Source: Escherichia phage AV108
Length of the DNA: 64,000 nucleotides
Reading direction: 5' to 3' (one strand)
Sequence record: OR352938.1
Shown piece by piece: positions 7,051-15,915 of this stretch; within the stretch, counting starts at the first letter, position 1, and the number at the start of each line of letters is the position of its first letter. A model generated the notes under the pieces. That model saw only the letters and a list, made by a program, of their open reading frames with translations, searched no databases and was not told the DNA's origin. A program made the translations under genes and the position numbers.

Positions 7051-7527
7051 TTATTTTTCTTGATGCTCGCGATCGTACTTTTCGAAATAAAATTCTACTG
7101 GCTGGTCGTGGATTGACAGCAAGCCAAAGCGTTTAGCCGCTCGCAATCCCATATTGCGCTGAATGTACTTCTGGAAGTTCTCGCGTATACACTTACGCCA
7201 GGATTCTAAGCCCATGCAGCTTTTATAAAGATTGCATTGCACACATGCCGGATTCATGTTATCAAGTATATCATGCTCCGGTTTATGCATTCCTACAACC
7301 TTATACTTCCACGATCCATCATCATTACGGGCAATTCGTCCATTTTCATCATAGACAACCTTTGAGCGTCGTAATACTGGTTTGATATGGTCTGCGTGCC
7401 AGCGATCCCCTAGTTCCTCGCCACAATAGGCACAACGTCCACCGTATTTCATTTTCAGGATCTGACGTTGCTCTTTCTTTGACAATTTTTTAGGTTTAGG
7501 GGCTTTCGCCCCTTCATTATCACACAT
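7051..7527 (-). CDS. HNH endonuclease-domain protein
   Basis: CxxC ... HADHIKP ... CVQCN zinc-finger HNH pattern; starts immediately after the ligase stop. Confidence 0.6.
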   Translation of the reverse strand: MCDNEGAKAPKPKKLSKKEQRQILKMKYGGRCAYCGEELGDRWHADHIKPVLRRSKVVYDENGRIARNDDGSWKYKVVGMHKPEHDILDNMNPACVQCNLYKSCMGLESWRKCIRENFQKYIQRNMGLRAAKRFGLLSIHDQPVEFYFEKYDREHQEK

Positions 7528-9016
7528 CGAATACCTCTTTTACTGTATTTGCAGCGGTCTTGTCGTAGCGAATACGTTTGATGATCGGGAGAAATAAAGA
7601 GAACTCCGGTTCATCTTCTTTACGTGATTTGCTGCGAATGTACCCGTTGCATGTCATCTCGATGACTTTTCCAATCAGGTTATGACGGTCAGCCCATAAC
7701 ATTTCTCGGTCAAGTTCATTTCGACGATCGAACGGAATTACACGTTCGATACCATCATCACCTTTTTCGGTTGTAGTGTCGGTTAATCCCGATCCGGTGT
7801 TAGTCATCATTCGTCCACACGCACTACGGACAGTAAAACCGCCTACCTTATTGGGGTCTTTACTATGCGGATATACATCAACAATTTCCGCGTCGAAGTC
7901 AATCACTTCTTTAAATTTAACCTGATCTTTACTACGGCGATCTTCAAATACACCATGTAAATTTTTAAGGATAATACCTTCTAAGCCCATGTTGACATAA
8001 CGATGATATACTTCGCGAGCTTCATCGATATTGTTAACTACAGTGTTTTCGATGATCTGAACACGAGGATCGTTAAGTTCTTCAACAATCTGTTTTAGTT
8101 CTTCAAATCGATCTTTATATTGCTTCGTTGCTTTCTCGTTTCCGTAGTACACATCACGGTCGATAACATCCCAGACAGTGTAAACAATACATTGGGCTTC
8201 TTCTTTTGGAATAGTTCCTTTCAGTGATTTGTTGAGGATACCATTTCCGGTCTGACGGTCTGCAACAACGGATTCTTTCACTGCTTCCGCTACTGGCGTT
8301 AATGGCATTTCCTCTTCTTCAAATATCCATGACAGAGTACCATCATAAACGCTCTCAACGAAGTTCTGCGCTGGTGTTTGCGAAAGGGTAGGCATATATA
8401 CCAATTCACCATCTAGAACAATTCCACGGCCTCGTAGACGCTCTAAAACCGCAAACAAATCATCAAGTCCTTGATAGGTATTACCTGAGCGGGTATAGAT
8501 TGCTAATGTTTCCCCGTCAATATCAGCCATACCACGAGCGCCATCGCTTTTAAGTTGTGCATACGCCGGATACTTGATATTAGCAATAGTCTTATCAGAA
8601 CATGACGATGCAAGGTGACACGGTTGCTGGGGGATCAGTTTCTTCCATACCTTGTTTGCAGTGGTAGCGGAACAACCACATTCCAGATCACGATTCAGGA
8701 CCATCATTGCAACTTTAGCATCATCTTCTGACAAGCAAGTCAGAGTATCGGTAACTAGCTGTAATGCTGCGTTACCAGTTACTTGACGCGTGGCAAGTTT
8801 ATTTTTAAAGACCTGTAATGCACCGGATAAAGACAATACAGACGAATAGCGAGATGGTTTATCGTATTTCTTTACGCCAAACGTAACCTGTTTGCAATAT
8901 GCCAGATAAAAGCATTCTTTCAGTGTTTCATTGCTTGCAGATTCTTTCAGGATCTTTTCTTTCAGCGATGTTTTGTCGGTCGCTGCAAGCTGGTTAATGA
9001 TATTAAGAATTGACAT
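7520..9016 (-). CDS. 30: ATP-dependent DNA ligase
   Basis: collinear with the T4 ligase sequence as recalled (KADGAR active-site region, EGIILKN, C-terminal TVKEVF); ATG at 9014-9016 with GAGGTG RBS, ORF track extends to a GTG at 9022. Confidence 0.9.
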   Translation of the reverse strand: MSILNIINQLAATDKTSLKEKILKESASNETLKECFYLAYCKQVTFGVKKYDKPSRYSSVLSLSGALQVFKNKLATRQVTGNAALQLVTDTLTCLSEDDAKVAMMVLNRDLECGCSATTANKVWKKLIPQQPCHLASSCSDKTIANIKYPAYAQLKSDGARGMADIDGETLAIYTRSGNTYQGLDDLFAVLERLRGRGIVLDGELVYMPTLSQTPAQNFVESVYDGTLSWIFEEEEMPLTPVAEAVKESVVADRQTGNGILNKSLKGTIPKEEAQCIVYTVWDVIDRDVYYGNEKATKQYKDRFEELKQIVEELNDPRVQIIENTVVNNIDEAREVYHRYVNMGLEGIILKNLHGVFEDRRSKDQVKFKEVIDFDAEIVDVYPHSKDPNKVGGFTVRSACGRMMTNTGSGLTDTTTEKGDDGIERVIPFDRRNELDREMLWADRHNLIGKVIEMTCNGYIRSKSRKEDEPEFSLFLPIIKRIRYDKTAANTVKEVFDV

Positions 9017-9482
9017 TTTCACCTCGTTTTGTTAAACGTTCACGAATATCATTGAGGATACTACAAAATTCCGATTCAGTCAATATAGTCTTTAACGGAT
9101 CAGTTCCACCTATGCTATGACGCAATTTCTTATTTCCGGTAGCGAGTAATGCTTTACAAAATTCTGGGTTATTCCGTGCCATCGTAACAAATGCCAGATG
9201 TACCAGTCTGTAATAATGCTCACTCATTCGATGAATAGGGCGACCCTGAAAATATAACATGTGATTCTCAATCTTTTCAGTTCTTCCGGTTCTTTTTGCT
9301 TTGCCACCGTGCATCAAAAAGATTTCTCTTTGTCTCTGAGGGTTCTTAAATCTTAGCCCCTGTAAAAATCCTTCTGTGCTGTTAATATCGCAACCAAATA
9401 GACGGAATGGTCTTTTATTGAAATTACTCAATTCACCCGATGGATAAGGTCCACCCGCATAGATATCAATTTCAGAAGTCAT
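9003..9482 (-). CDS. NADAR (YbiA/DUF1768-like) domain protein
   Basis: by-eye similarity to E. coli YbiA: SNFxxxPF, T.E...Q..KF, LLATG, GG.D...ILT...N.LG segments. Confidence 0.55.
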   Translation of the reverse strand: MTSEIDIYAGGPYPSGELSNFNKRPFRLFGCDINSTEGFLQGLRFKNPQRQREIFLMHGGKAKRTGRTEKIENHMLYFQGRPIHRMSEHYYRLVHLAFVTMARNNPEFCKALLATGNKKLRHSIGGTDPLKTILTESEFCSILNDIRERLTKRGENVNS

Positions 9483-9636
9483 TGAAACTAATCTCGCTAA
9501 TCAGAGAGAACGGATCATAATCGTCATTAGGAATATCGATAGTAATCGAATGAGGGTTTACCCATACACCAAACTGGTCTTCTTCGGTTAATACTTCGGT
9601 ATGGATTTCGTGGATGTTTACATTCATAGTTTTCAT
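9472..9636 (-). CDS. small protein (54 aa), below the ORF-track cutoff
   Basis: ATG 9634-9636 with AAGGAAA RBS; stop overlaps the NADAR start by 11 nt. Confidence 0.35.
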   Translation of the reverse strand: MKTMNVNIHEIHTEVLTEEDQFGVWVNPHSITIDIPNDDYDPFSLISEISFNDF

Positions 9637-9719
9637 AATAAAATTTCCTTAATAATCAATAACTTACAAAATCATATAGTCAAAATATAGGCGGGATTAT
9701 TTCCCGCCGTTTAAAATCA

Positions 9720-10043
9720 TTAACCGTAAACTACCACAATATTCTGTTTGTGTGTTACAGTCCATTTCAGGTCGATCTCTTCTTCCTTCTTAACGCCGTT
9801 AATAACGTCTGGATGAGGAACTTTATTCATCTTGCCATGTGGCAGTAGAACAGTTTTACCCAGCAATTCTTTATCTACAGTCTCGCCAATATCAATAATC
9901 TTACCTACCAGCGGAATCTCACCCATAGTGCGCTTTTGCTCAATAATGATCCCCATAGAGCTTTTTACTTCGGTCCCTGCGCTTTCTGCTTTCGCTTCGA
10001 TAATTACATAATCACCAAGTGCTTTAGGAGTTTTAACGGTCAT
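9720..10043 (-). CDS. 31: GroES-like co-chaperonin
   Basis: 107 aa, GDYVII ... VPHP pattern resembling T4 gp31; position between cd and 30 as in T4; followed by hairpin 9691-9710. Confidence 0.65.
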   Translation of the reverse strand: MTVKTPKALGDYVIIEAKAESAGTEVKSSMGIIIEQKRTMGEIPLVGKIIDIGETVDKELLGKTVLLPHGKMNKVPHPDVINGVKKEEEIDLKWTVTHKQNIVVVYG

Positions 10044-10084
10044 AATTTTATTACCTCTTCAAATCAATACAGTTTAACGATGAA

Positions 10085-10405
10085 TTATTTATAAATTTCG
10101 ACGATCTGCGCTGGAGTCAGCCCGTCCACATTAATCAGACTATCAAGCCCAAAACTACGGAAACCTTCAACTGCAATTTCATATACTGGCAAAGATGTTT
10201 CTGATTCTTTACGCGGTTTTTCAACATTCGGAACTAACCACTTTTCGTATGTTTCGAAAGGCATCAGTGCCGGATCTCGCGTGGCGATCATCTCGCGGAC
10301 AGTACCATCTTTCTTAGTAAACTGCAAAGAGTGAGTACCAACCGAAAACATTTTCTTTAGTGCTTCACGAAGTGCGATATTATCAATTTGTTCGGTCATT
10401 ATCAA
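10085..10405 (-). CDS. hypothetical protein
   Basis: 106-aa ORF between cd and 31. Confidence 0.45.
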   Translation of the reverse strand: MIMTEQIDNIALREALKKMFSVGTHSLQFTKKDGTVREMIATRDPALMPFETYEKWLVPNVEKPRKESETSLPVYEIAVEGFRSFGLDSLINVDGLTPAQIVEIYK

Positions 10406-10898
10406 TACCCTTCAAATCTGTCAATAATGCTTTTGGAATACGCGTGATCGTAATATCTGCATTATTCAGAATATCAGCCCAATCACGCCCACCATTTCGA
10501 TCATATGTGTCGCAATAGTATAGATATTTAATTCCACTGTTTGCAATTGCTTTAGCGCAATCTGGACACGGTGAAGCAGTACACCACATACTAGCGCCTT
10601 CAATCGATACACCGCTACGGGCAGCAAACAAAATAGCATTTAATTCAGCGTGGATCTCGTTTTTCTGTGACCATGCACTATGCTCTGGTCGTTTTTCTGG
10701 GATCATTTTGCCGTCATCATCCAGCCAACCGTTTTTATGTGCATGACAGCTACAATTTACTTGCCCTGCTGGAGTTCCGTTAAATCCAGTAGAAATGATT
10801 CGCCCGTCTTTTTCGATCAGTGCGCCTACCTTCCACGAAACACATTTAGAGTTCTTTGCGATCAGATAGGCGATCTGCATGTAAGTTTGTGACAACAT
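10383..10898 (-). CDS. cd: dCMP deaminase
   Basis: HAELNAI and SPCPDCAKAI zinc-binding deaminase motifs; collinear with T4 Cd as recalled. Confidence 0.85.
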   Translation of the reverse strand: MLSQTYMQIAYLIAKNSKCVSWKVGALIEKDGRIISTGFNGTPAGQVNCSCHAHKNGWLDDDGKMIPEKRPEHSAWSQKNEIHAELNAILFAARSGVSIEGASMWCTASPCPDCAKAIANSGIKYLYYCDTYDRNGGRDWADILNNADITITRIPKALLTDLKGIDNDRTN

Positions 10899-10919
10899 AA
10901 TATAATCCTCACATATTAA

Positions 10920-11123
10920 TTAACCGTATACGCGAAAGTATTCTACTGATCCGTCGCTATACTGTTTTACATTGAATGTATTCACACCATGATTATTTCT
11001 CATGATGACATATACACTGCGACGTTCATCGCTAAACGGCATAACTGGCGCTGGTTCAATATCAACACTAAAACCACGTTTAGCAAGTGCTTCGCCTAAT
11101 TGCTTGAGTTTATCGGTAAACAT
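10920..11123 (-). CDS. hypothetical protein
   Basis: 67-aa ORF between pseT and cd. Confidence 0.4.
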   Translation of the reverse strand: MFTDKLKQLGEALAKRGFSVDIEPAPVMPFSDERRSVYVIMRNNHGVNTFNVKQYSDGSVEYFRVYG

Positions 11124-12001
11124 TAAAATTCTCCGTAGTTAACCTGAAAACATTCTACACCAATTGAGCGGTACATGTCAACCACTTGATCACGGTCATC
11201 TACCGCCAAAACAACATGATAACGCGGTGCAATTTCAGAGAAGAAGATCTCTTTCTTCACTTCATGATCAGGACGACGATCATTAGTTTCACGTTGAAAG
11301 TGATCACTAGGTTCAATACCCTGTTCACGCAACCATTGCAGAGTATCTTCTTCGCAAACATCTTCGCGTCCTGAGCATGTAATGATACGATAACCATTAT
11401 CACGATACAGTTTAAGCATTTCGATCACTTGCGGACGCGGTTTATCTTCTTTGACCTTTGTCCAGTCAAACGGATGACGACCGCCCTTATCCGCTAATGT
11501 TCCATCAATATCAAAGATCACTGCCTTCGGCAGCATGGTATTCGGTTTGTATACTTCTTGACCCATATATTCCTGCATCAGATAAAATTGGTTGCGCAAA
11601 TGAGAAAGTGGGATTGCTTTCTCTCCGCGATAGAAATTACGTTTCTTTAGTGTCTCAAATGATTCATTGAACACTTGTTCAGTATACACCGCGTTAAATT
11701 CTTTTGCAAGTTCTTTGTAGAATACACGATGTTTTTCTTTCAGGTTAGTATCAGAGATAATGATACTAAATCCGCGTGATAGAGTCTCACGAGCAATCAT
11801 TCTCTGAATAGACTCTACCAGCTTTTCTTTTTCCTTAGTATACTTGTATTTCAAATGTGAGTCAACACCAAACAACATAAGACGAAGATCATCACGATTC
11901 ACATTACGATAATTACTAAACCGTTTACATGTTTCCATAGCCCATGTAGTTTTACCAGACCCAGAACAACCAACGGTTAAAATCACTTCACATTTCGGCA
12001 T
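11123..12001 (-). CDS. pseT: polynucleotide 5'-kinase/3'-phosphatase
   Basis: Walker A GCSGSGKTTWA, DxDGT phosphatase motif (VIFDIDGTLA), C-terminal GVECFQV; start taken at ATG 11999-12001 (MPKCEVIL) by alignment to T4 Pnk; ORF track 11123..12022. Confidence 0.9.
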   Translation of the reverse strand: MPKCEVILTVGCSGSGKTTWAMETCKRFSNYRNVNRDDLRLMLFGVDSHLKYKYTKEKEKLVESIQRMIARETLSRGFSIIISDTNLKEKHRVFYKELAKEFNAVYTEQVFNESFETLKKRNFYRGEKAIPLSHLRNQFYLMQEYMGQEVYKPNTMLPKAVIFDIDGTLADKGGRHPFDWTKVKEDKPRPQVIEMLKLYRDNGYRIITCSGREDVCEEDTLQWLREQGIEPSDHFQRETNDRRPDHEVKKEIFFSEIAPRYHVVLAVDDRDQVVDMYRSIGVECFQVNYGEF

Positions 12002-12333
12002 TATTTCTCCTTCGGTTTGCACCGTTCCTCATTAATTTCTTTTCGATAATAACACATGATCAACTTACTTTCAAGTGTATATCTCTTAATATCCGCAAGC
12101 CAGACTCTGAATTTTTGGGAGTCCTCCCACGACATAGAAACTCTAGGTTTACCGTCTATTGTATCCACTTTCAGGTCAATGTCAACTTTTTCTATTGGTG
12201 CTGGTAGTGGAGGATGTAATTTCGGTTCCTGTGAATAATGGTCCATTGTACACGAAGAAAGCGCAAATACAATAGGCACAGCGAAGACGTGGATTATGGC
12301 GGTCTGGAAATTCTTATGTGCTTTCTTAAACAT
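12001..12333 (-). CDS. o-spanin-like outer-membrane lipoprotein
   Basis: from ATG 12331-12333: MFKKAHK n-region, hydrophobic core, lipobox LSSC; lies next to pseT where T4 has its spanin pair; the ORF track extends upstream to 12453. Confidence 0.5.
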   Translation of the reverse strand: MFKKAHKNFQTAIIHVFAVPIVFALSSCTMDHYSQEPKLHPPLPAPIEKVDIDLKVDTIDGKPRVSMSWEDSQKFRVWLADIKRYTLESKLIMCYYRKEINEERCKPKEK

Positions 12334-12449
12334 CCAGTGTATCACGAAAATTGAAAACACCATCAGGATAATAATGCTTGCACCTATCCACAGATAATCA
12401 ACCAGATTAAAATTGCTTATCTGCTCTTGTGTAGGCAATATTTCTATGC

Positions 12450-12773
12450 TCATTTAGTAGCCTCCTTTAATTCTTCGGTAAACTCCTTAAATGAGTCATT
12501 AAGCTGTTTCTCTACCAACTTGGGTTTTTGTGCTACTACATAGCCTCGTGTAGCGTCTTTCATTGCTTTGTTTTGTTCTTCCGCAAACTTAGTTCTTATT
12601 CCATACATCTCCTTTTGTAGTGAGTCTACGACCTTCATCTTTTCATCGGTCTTTTTCTTATACTCTGTAAATTCCTGATTCAGTCGATCTACCTCCTTTT
12701 TATTTTCCCACCACATATTACCACCTACCCCTAGCAACACAGAGATGATAACAATGTATATCAGCTTTGACAT
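12450..12773 (-). CDS. i-spanin-like protein
   Basis: from ATG 12771-12773: N-terminal TM LIYIVIISVLLGVGG then charged coiled-coil-like sequence; ORF track 12450..12824. Confidence 0.5.
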   Translation of the reverse strand: MSKLIYIVIISVLLGVGGNMWWENKKEVDRLNQEFTEYKKKTDEKMKVVDSLQKEMYGIRTKFAEEQNKAMKDATRGYVVAQKPKLVEKQLNDSFKEFTEELKEATK

Positions 12774-12817
12774 ATTACCCCCAACGACAAAAGGCGGGGA
12801 ACTAGCCCCGCTTATTA

Positions 12818-13987
12818 TTACCAATCAATCTTATCAGCCGGAATAAGTTTCTTATAATTCCGTAGATAGTAAGTTTTCATTGAATCCAGAATACGGTCAT
12901 AATCAAGACCATCAAATGCAATCATCAGACACATGAAAATATATGCTTGTGCATCACCATGTTTACGTGATTCGATAGTCGCATTGGATGCATATGTCTT
13001 TCTGTCTTCTCCCGCGTGTGCGTTATAAAATTCTGTTGCTGTCGTGAAGGCATTGCGAAGAATAGACCTGAATGCTTCCTCGAATAGCTCGATTCGTTCC
13101 AGTGCTTCCGGTTCGCCTTCATATGCAGCACGCAAATCATCGGTTTCGCTTTCTACGACATAGTAGATCAGGTTATTAGGAAACATCGATGTGTTTTTAA
13201 TGTTATGCACACCAATATACCATTCACTCTTCACTTTGAACATTTGACCGTCTTTAGTGCGTGCAACAATTCCTTCGATACCTTCTGCGGTCCGAACTTC
13301 ATCAAGAATATTGCTAAAACGCGCTGAATCAACCTGTAACGCATTTACCAGATGAGAACGTAGGATTGCGTCAGCAAATAGCATTTGATGCGGTACGTAC
13401 TCTCCTGTGACGTTATGGCGTACATTCAGAAGTGTTAGCGACGGTTCAGAATATTCTACAACAATTCGGTTGCTGGGCGCTGTATATTCAAAGTTGAAAG
13501 TATAATCAGACCCAATATCAGCAATCTTAGCGCGTAGATCCGCATACTTCTCTGAATACAGAAGACCGTTTGCTCTCTCTGCCTGGCTTGAGTACAAGGC
13601 CGCTTTAGACTTCAACTGAACATAGCCGTTATCAATGTAGGTGCTTACTAGACTACCGTCCATTTTGTCCATGACCATTTCCACATCTTCCGGCTTAAAG
13701 CGAGCGCGATCATTCTCGCCTAAATTAAAAAACTTCTCCATAGGACGAGATGCAATGCGGACCGGACGACCTTTATCGTCAATTTCAAACATGATCCCGC
13801 GACACTCTAACGCATCTGGTTTATTCCACATTTCCGGTTTGCTCAAGTACAGATAACTAAAAATGCGCATACGGGTTTGCATCGCCGTAATTTCATCTTT
13901 GTAATAGAACGTATCAGATCCGTCACATAGTGCCATCAGATTTTTGAACAATGCTAAAACTTTTTTGTTGTTTTCTTTTGTTGACAT
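12818..13987 (-). CDS. rnlA: RNA ligase 1
   Basis: near-identical blocks to T4 Rnl1 as recalled: PDALECRGIMFE, PVRIASRPMEKFFNL, FNFEYTAPSNRIV. Confidence 0.9.
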   Translation of the reverse strand: MSTKENNKKVLALFKNLMALCDGSDTFYYKDEITAMQTRMRIFSYLYLSKPEMWNKPDALECRGIMFEIDDKGRPVRIASRPMEKFFNLGENDRARFKPEDVEMVMDKMDGSLVSTYIDNGYVQLKSKAALYSSQAERANGLLYSEKYADLRAKIADIGSDYTFNFEYTAPSNRIVVEYSEPSLTLLNVRHNVTGEYVPHQMLFADAILRSHLVNALQVDSARFSNILDEVRTAEGIEGIVARTKDGQMFKVKSEWYIGVHNIKNTSMFPNNLIYYVVESETDDLRAAYEGEPEALERIELFEEAFRSILRNAFTTATEFYNAHAGEDRKTYASNATIESRKHGDAQAYIFMCLMIAFDGLDYDRILDSMKTYYLRNYKKLIPADKIDW

Positions 13988-14384
13988 AATTTGTGTTCCA
14001 TTCTGGTTTAAATTTGGTGATCAAAACAGGTTCTTCGATATCGGCAGTGCTTATAATATCCTTACCCGTTGGATTCTCGATGTACAACTCAAAGCACTGT
14101 CGGTAATAGAATGTTACTGTCTTACCTTCCTCTAGCGCCTTATGAATATTCTTACTCTTGCGAGTATCCGCTGTTGGTGTTTGTCTGTTAATGCTAGTCC
14201 GGTAATAATTGATCCGCTTTCTGAGATTGACAGTCTGACCAATGTATACCAGTTCATCATCAACAACAATAGCGTAAAGAACATTTAAACGGTTCTTCTG
14301 AGGCGGCAGAATCACATCACCATCTTTACACTCTAAACATGAATATTTAACGAATCCATAGTTTTCTATTAGCTCATTAATCAT
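13923..14384 (-). CDS. denA: GIY-YIG nuclease, endonuclease II-like
   Basis: VLYAIVV-N6-VYIGQT followed by RKR; size and position after nrdB fit T4 denA; gene symbol by position. Confidence 0.5.
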   Translation of the reverse strand: MINELIENYGFVKYSCLECKDGDVILPPQKNRLNVLYAIVVDDELVYIGQTVNLRKRINYYRTSINRQTPTADTRKSKNIHKALEEGKTVTFYYRQCFELYIENPTGKDIISTADIEEPVLITKFKPEWNTNYVNKRKQQKSFSIVQKSDGTM

Positions 14385-14434
14385 TATCCTTTCCTCACGT
14401 CACAACAAAGGCGGGATTTCTCCCGCCCACCTTA

Positions 14435-14833
14435 TTAACTTTCCAGAATATCGCGAGCTTCGTTACGCTCCTTGATGATTTTCAGGACAAATTCCAGTTT
14501 TTCTTTGTTCAGCGTTCCATTTTCCATTGCTTCTTTGACGGTAAACACTCCGCCACCTTGCCCGTATACAGTGACAGTGATTTCACCTAACATCGTGGTA
14601 TGAAAACCGCCAATTTTCGGTGATTCGAAAGAAACAATTACCTCGCGAACAGTATTACCGTCGTTGATTTCTGAGAGGGTAATGTCGTTTTTGTAGGCGG
14701 TTGCTTTAACCATACGGATCAGCATAGTCTGATCTGGGGAGATGGTCATTTTGTCCATTGCATGTTGCAATGCAGCGTAACCGAAAACTTTAACGAAGTC
14801 CAGAACATCTTTGCGAGTTTGAAATTTAATCAT
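14435..14833 (-). CDS. hypothetical protein
   Basis: 132-aa ORF; hairpin 14411-14428 downstream. Confidence 0.5.
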   Translation of the reverse strand: MIKFQTRKDVLDFVKVFGYAALQHAMDKMTISPDQTMLIRMVKATAYKNDITLSEINDGNTVREVIVSFESPKIGGFHTTMLGEITVTVYGQGGGVFTVKEAMENGTLNKEKLEFVLKIIKERNEARDILES

Positions 14834-14903
14834 CTTGATACTCCTTAGTTGTTTTGGTATGGGAGTATCTTACTAAGTATCTTACTACTCCCCAACTGCT
14901 TTT

Positions 14904-15053
14904 TTATGCAACCGCAAACATCAACATTTGAACATTCTTGGCTGTCTGGCTTTCAAAGTTCTGACATTCTTTGATAATGTCCTCTACTTTCTCGCCGGAG
15001 ATCTCCGCGTAAGTTTCGATTGCCATTTTCAGTACCGCGTCAAAGTTGTTCAT
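14904..15053 (-). CDS. small protein (49 aa), below the ORF-track cutoff
   Basis: ATG 15051-15053 with GGAGAATCAA leader; promoter 15086-15114. Confidence 0.35.
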   Translation of the reverse strand: MNNFDAVLKMAIETYAEISGEKVEDIIKECQNFESQTAKNVQMLMFAVA

Positions 15054-15085
15054 TTGATTCTCCTTTGTTTCGTTTCGATGGGGGT

Positions 15086-15114
15086 ATATTAATACCCCCG
15101 TTATTCAGTGTCAA
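15086..15114 (-). promoter_or_regulatory. sigma70-type early promoter
   Basis: tgtcaa 15109-15114, TAATAT -10 inside palindrome GGGGGTATTAATATACCCCC. Confidence 0.5.
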
Positions 15115-15121
15115 CTACTTT

Positions 15122-15394
15122 TTACTTGTTGTATTCATTCCACCATTGGGTGAGCTTATCAATTATTTTTGTGTTTCTATCCAACTTATCCCACCGTTTT
15201 CGAGGGTTTATCAACCGTAATAGGTAAGGTGTACTTGTTAAGTGAACTCGGTCAATATAGTGATTGATGTACTGTTTTTCGATTCTAAGTTTCATCTTTT
15301 TACGATGAAAATATGCAATGACTTGTTCTTCTGTTTCCATATGTTCCTCCGTTTCGATGTGTATTATGCTATGGCAAGATCCGATTGTCAACAC
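15122..15394 (-). CDS. hypothetical protein
   Basis: ORF track 90 aa; the promoter at 15363-15391 lies inside the 5' end, so the real start is probably the internal METEEQ. Confidence 0.4.
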   Translation of the reverse strand: MLTIGSCHSIIHIETEEHMETEEQVIAYFHRKKMKLRIEKQYINHYIDRVHLTSTPYLLRLINPRKRWDKLDRNTKIIDKLTQWWNEYNK

Positions 15395-15438
15395 CCAATA
15401 ACAAAAAAGTCGCCACTATGGGCGACTTTGAACAAACA

Positions 15439-15915
15439 TTAATCATGACCGTGATTTGCAATGTCCGCTCGCGTCTTATCTTTGTGATTTCCTACGTCAA
15501 AGACACGATAACCATTTTCACGCAAAACTTTAATCACTTCTGGGTTATCCTCAAAGACTCCGACAACTTCATCTTTATCAAAGGATTTAATTACCTCTAA
15601 TTTGATGTGATAGTCTTTACGGGAATCGGTACGGCCTCTCATAAAGATTTTATCAAAACACACCCCGTTAGAAATTAACCAATCAATTGTTTCCATGTAA
15701 GCATGTGAACTTCGTCCGGTGAGGATGTAAATCAAATGCCCGTTGTCGGAAAGAGCATTAATAACACGAATTACATCGTAAATGGGGGAATCTCCCCCAC
15801 ATGCCTTGTTATATTCGATCCATGACTCGACTTTATCAAGATTTTCGGTTGGCATCTTTGCTAGTCGATGTGTTGGATCTGTGATCGTAAAATCTAAATC
15901 GACAAAATATATCAT
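15439..15915 (-). CDS. HAD-superfamily phosphatase-like protein
   Basis: N-terminal DxDxT motif (VDLDFTIT) and small size. Confidence 0.5.
   Translation of the reverse strand: MIYFVDLDFTITDPTHRLAKMPTENLDKVESWIEYNKACGGDSPIYDVIRVINALSDNGHLIYILTGRSSHAYMETIDWLISNGVCFDKIFMRGRTDSRKDYHIKLEVIKSFDKDEVVGVFEDNPEVIKVLRENGYRVFDVGNHKDKTRADIANHGHD

Noticed and set aside
14850-14900. Promoter upstream of the 14435..14833 gene
   Set aside because: The region has the leader and a duplicated GTATCTTACTA segment but no clear TTGACA -35 hexamer, so it is not called
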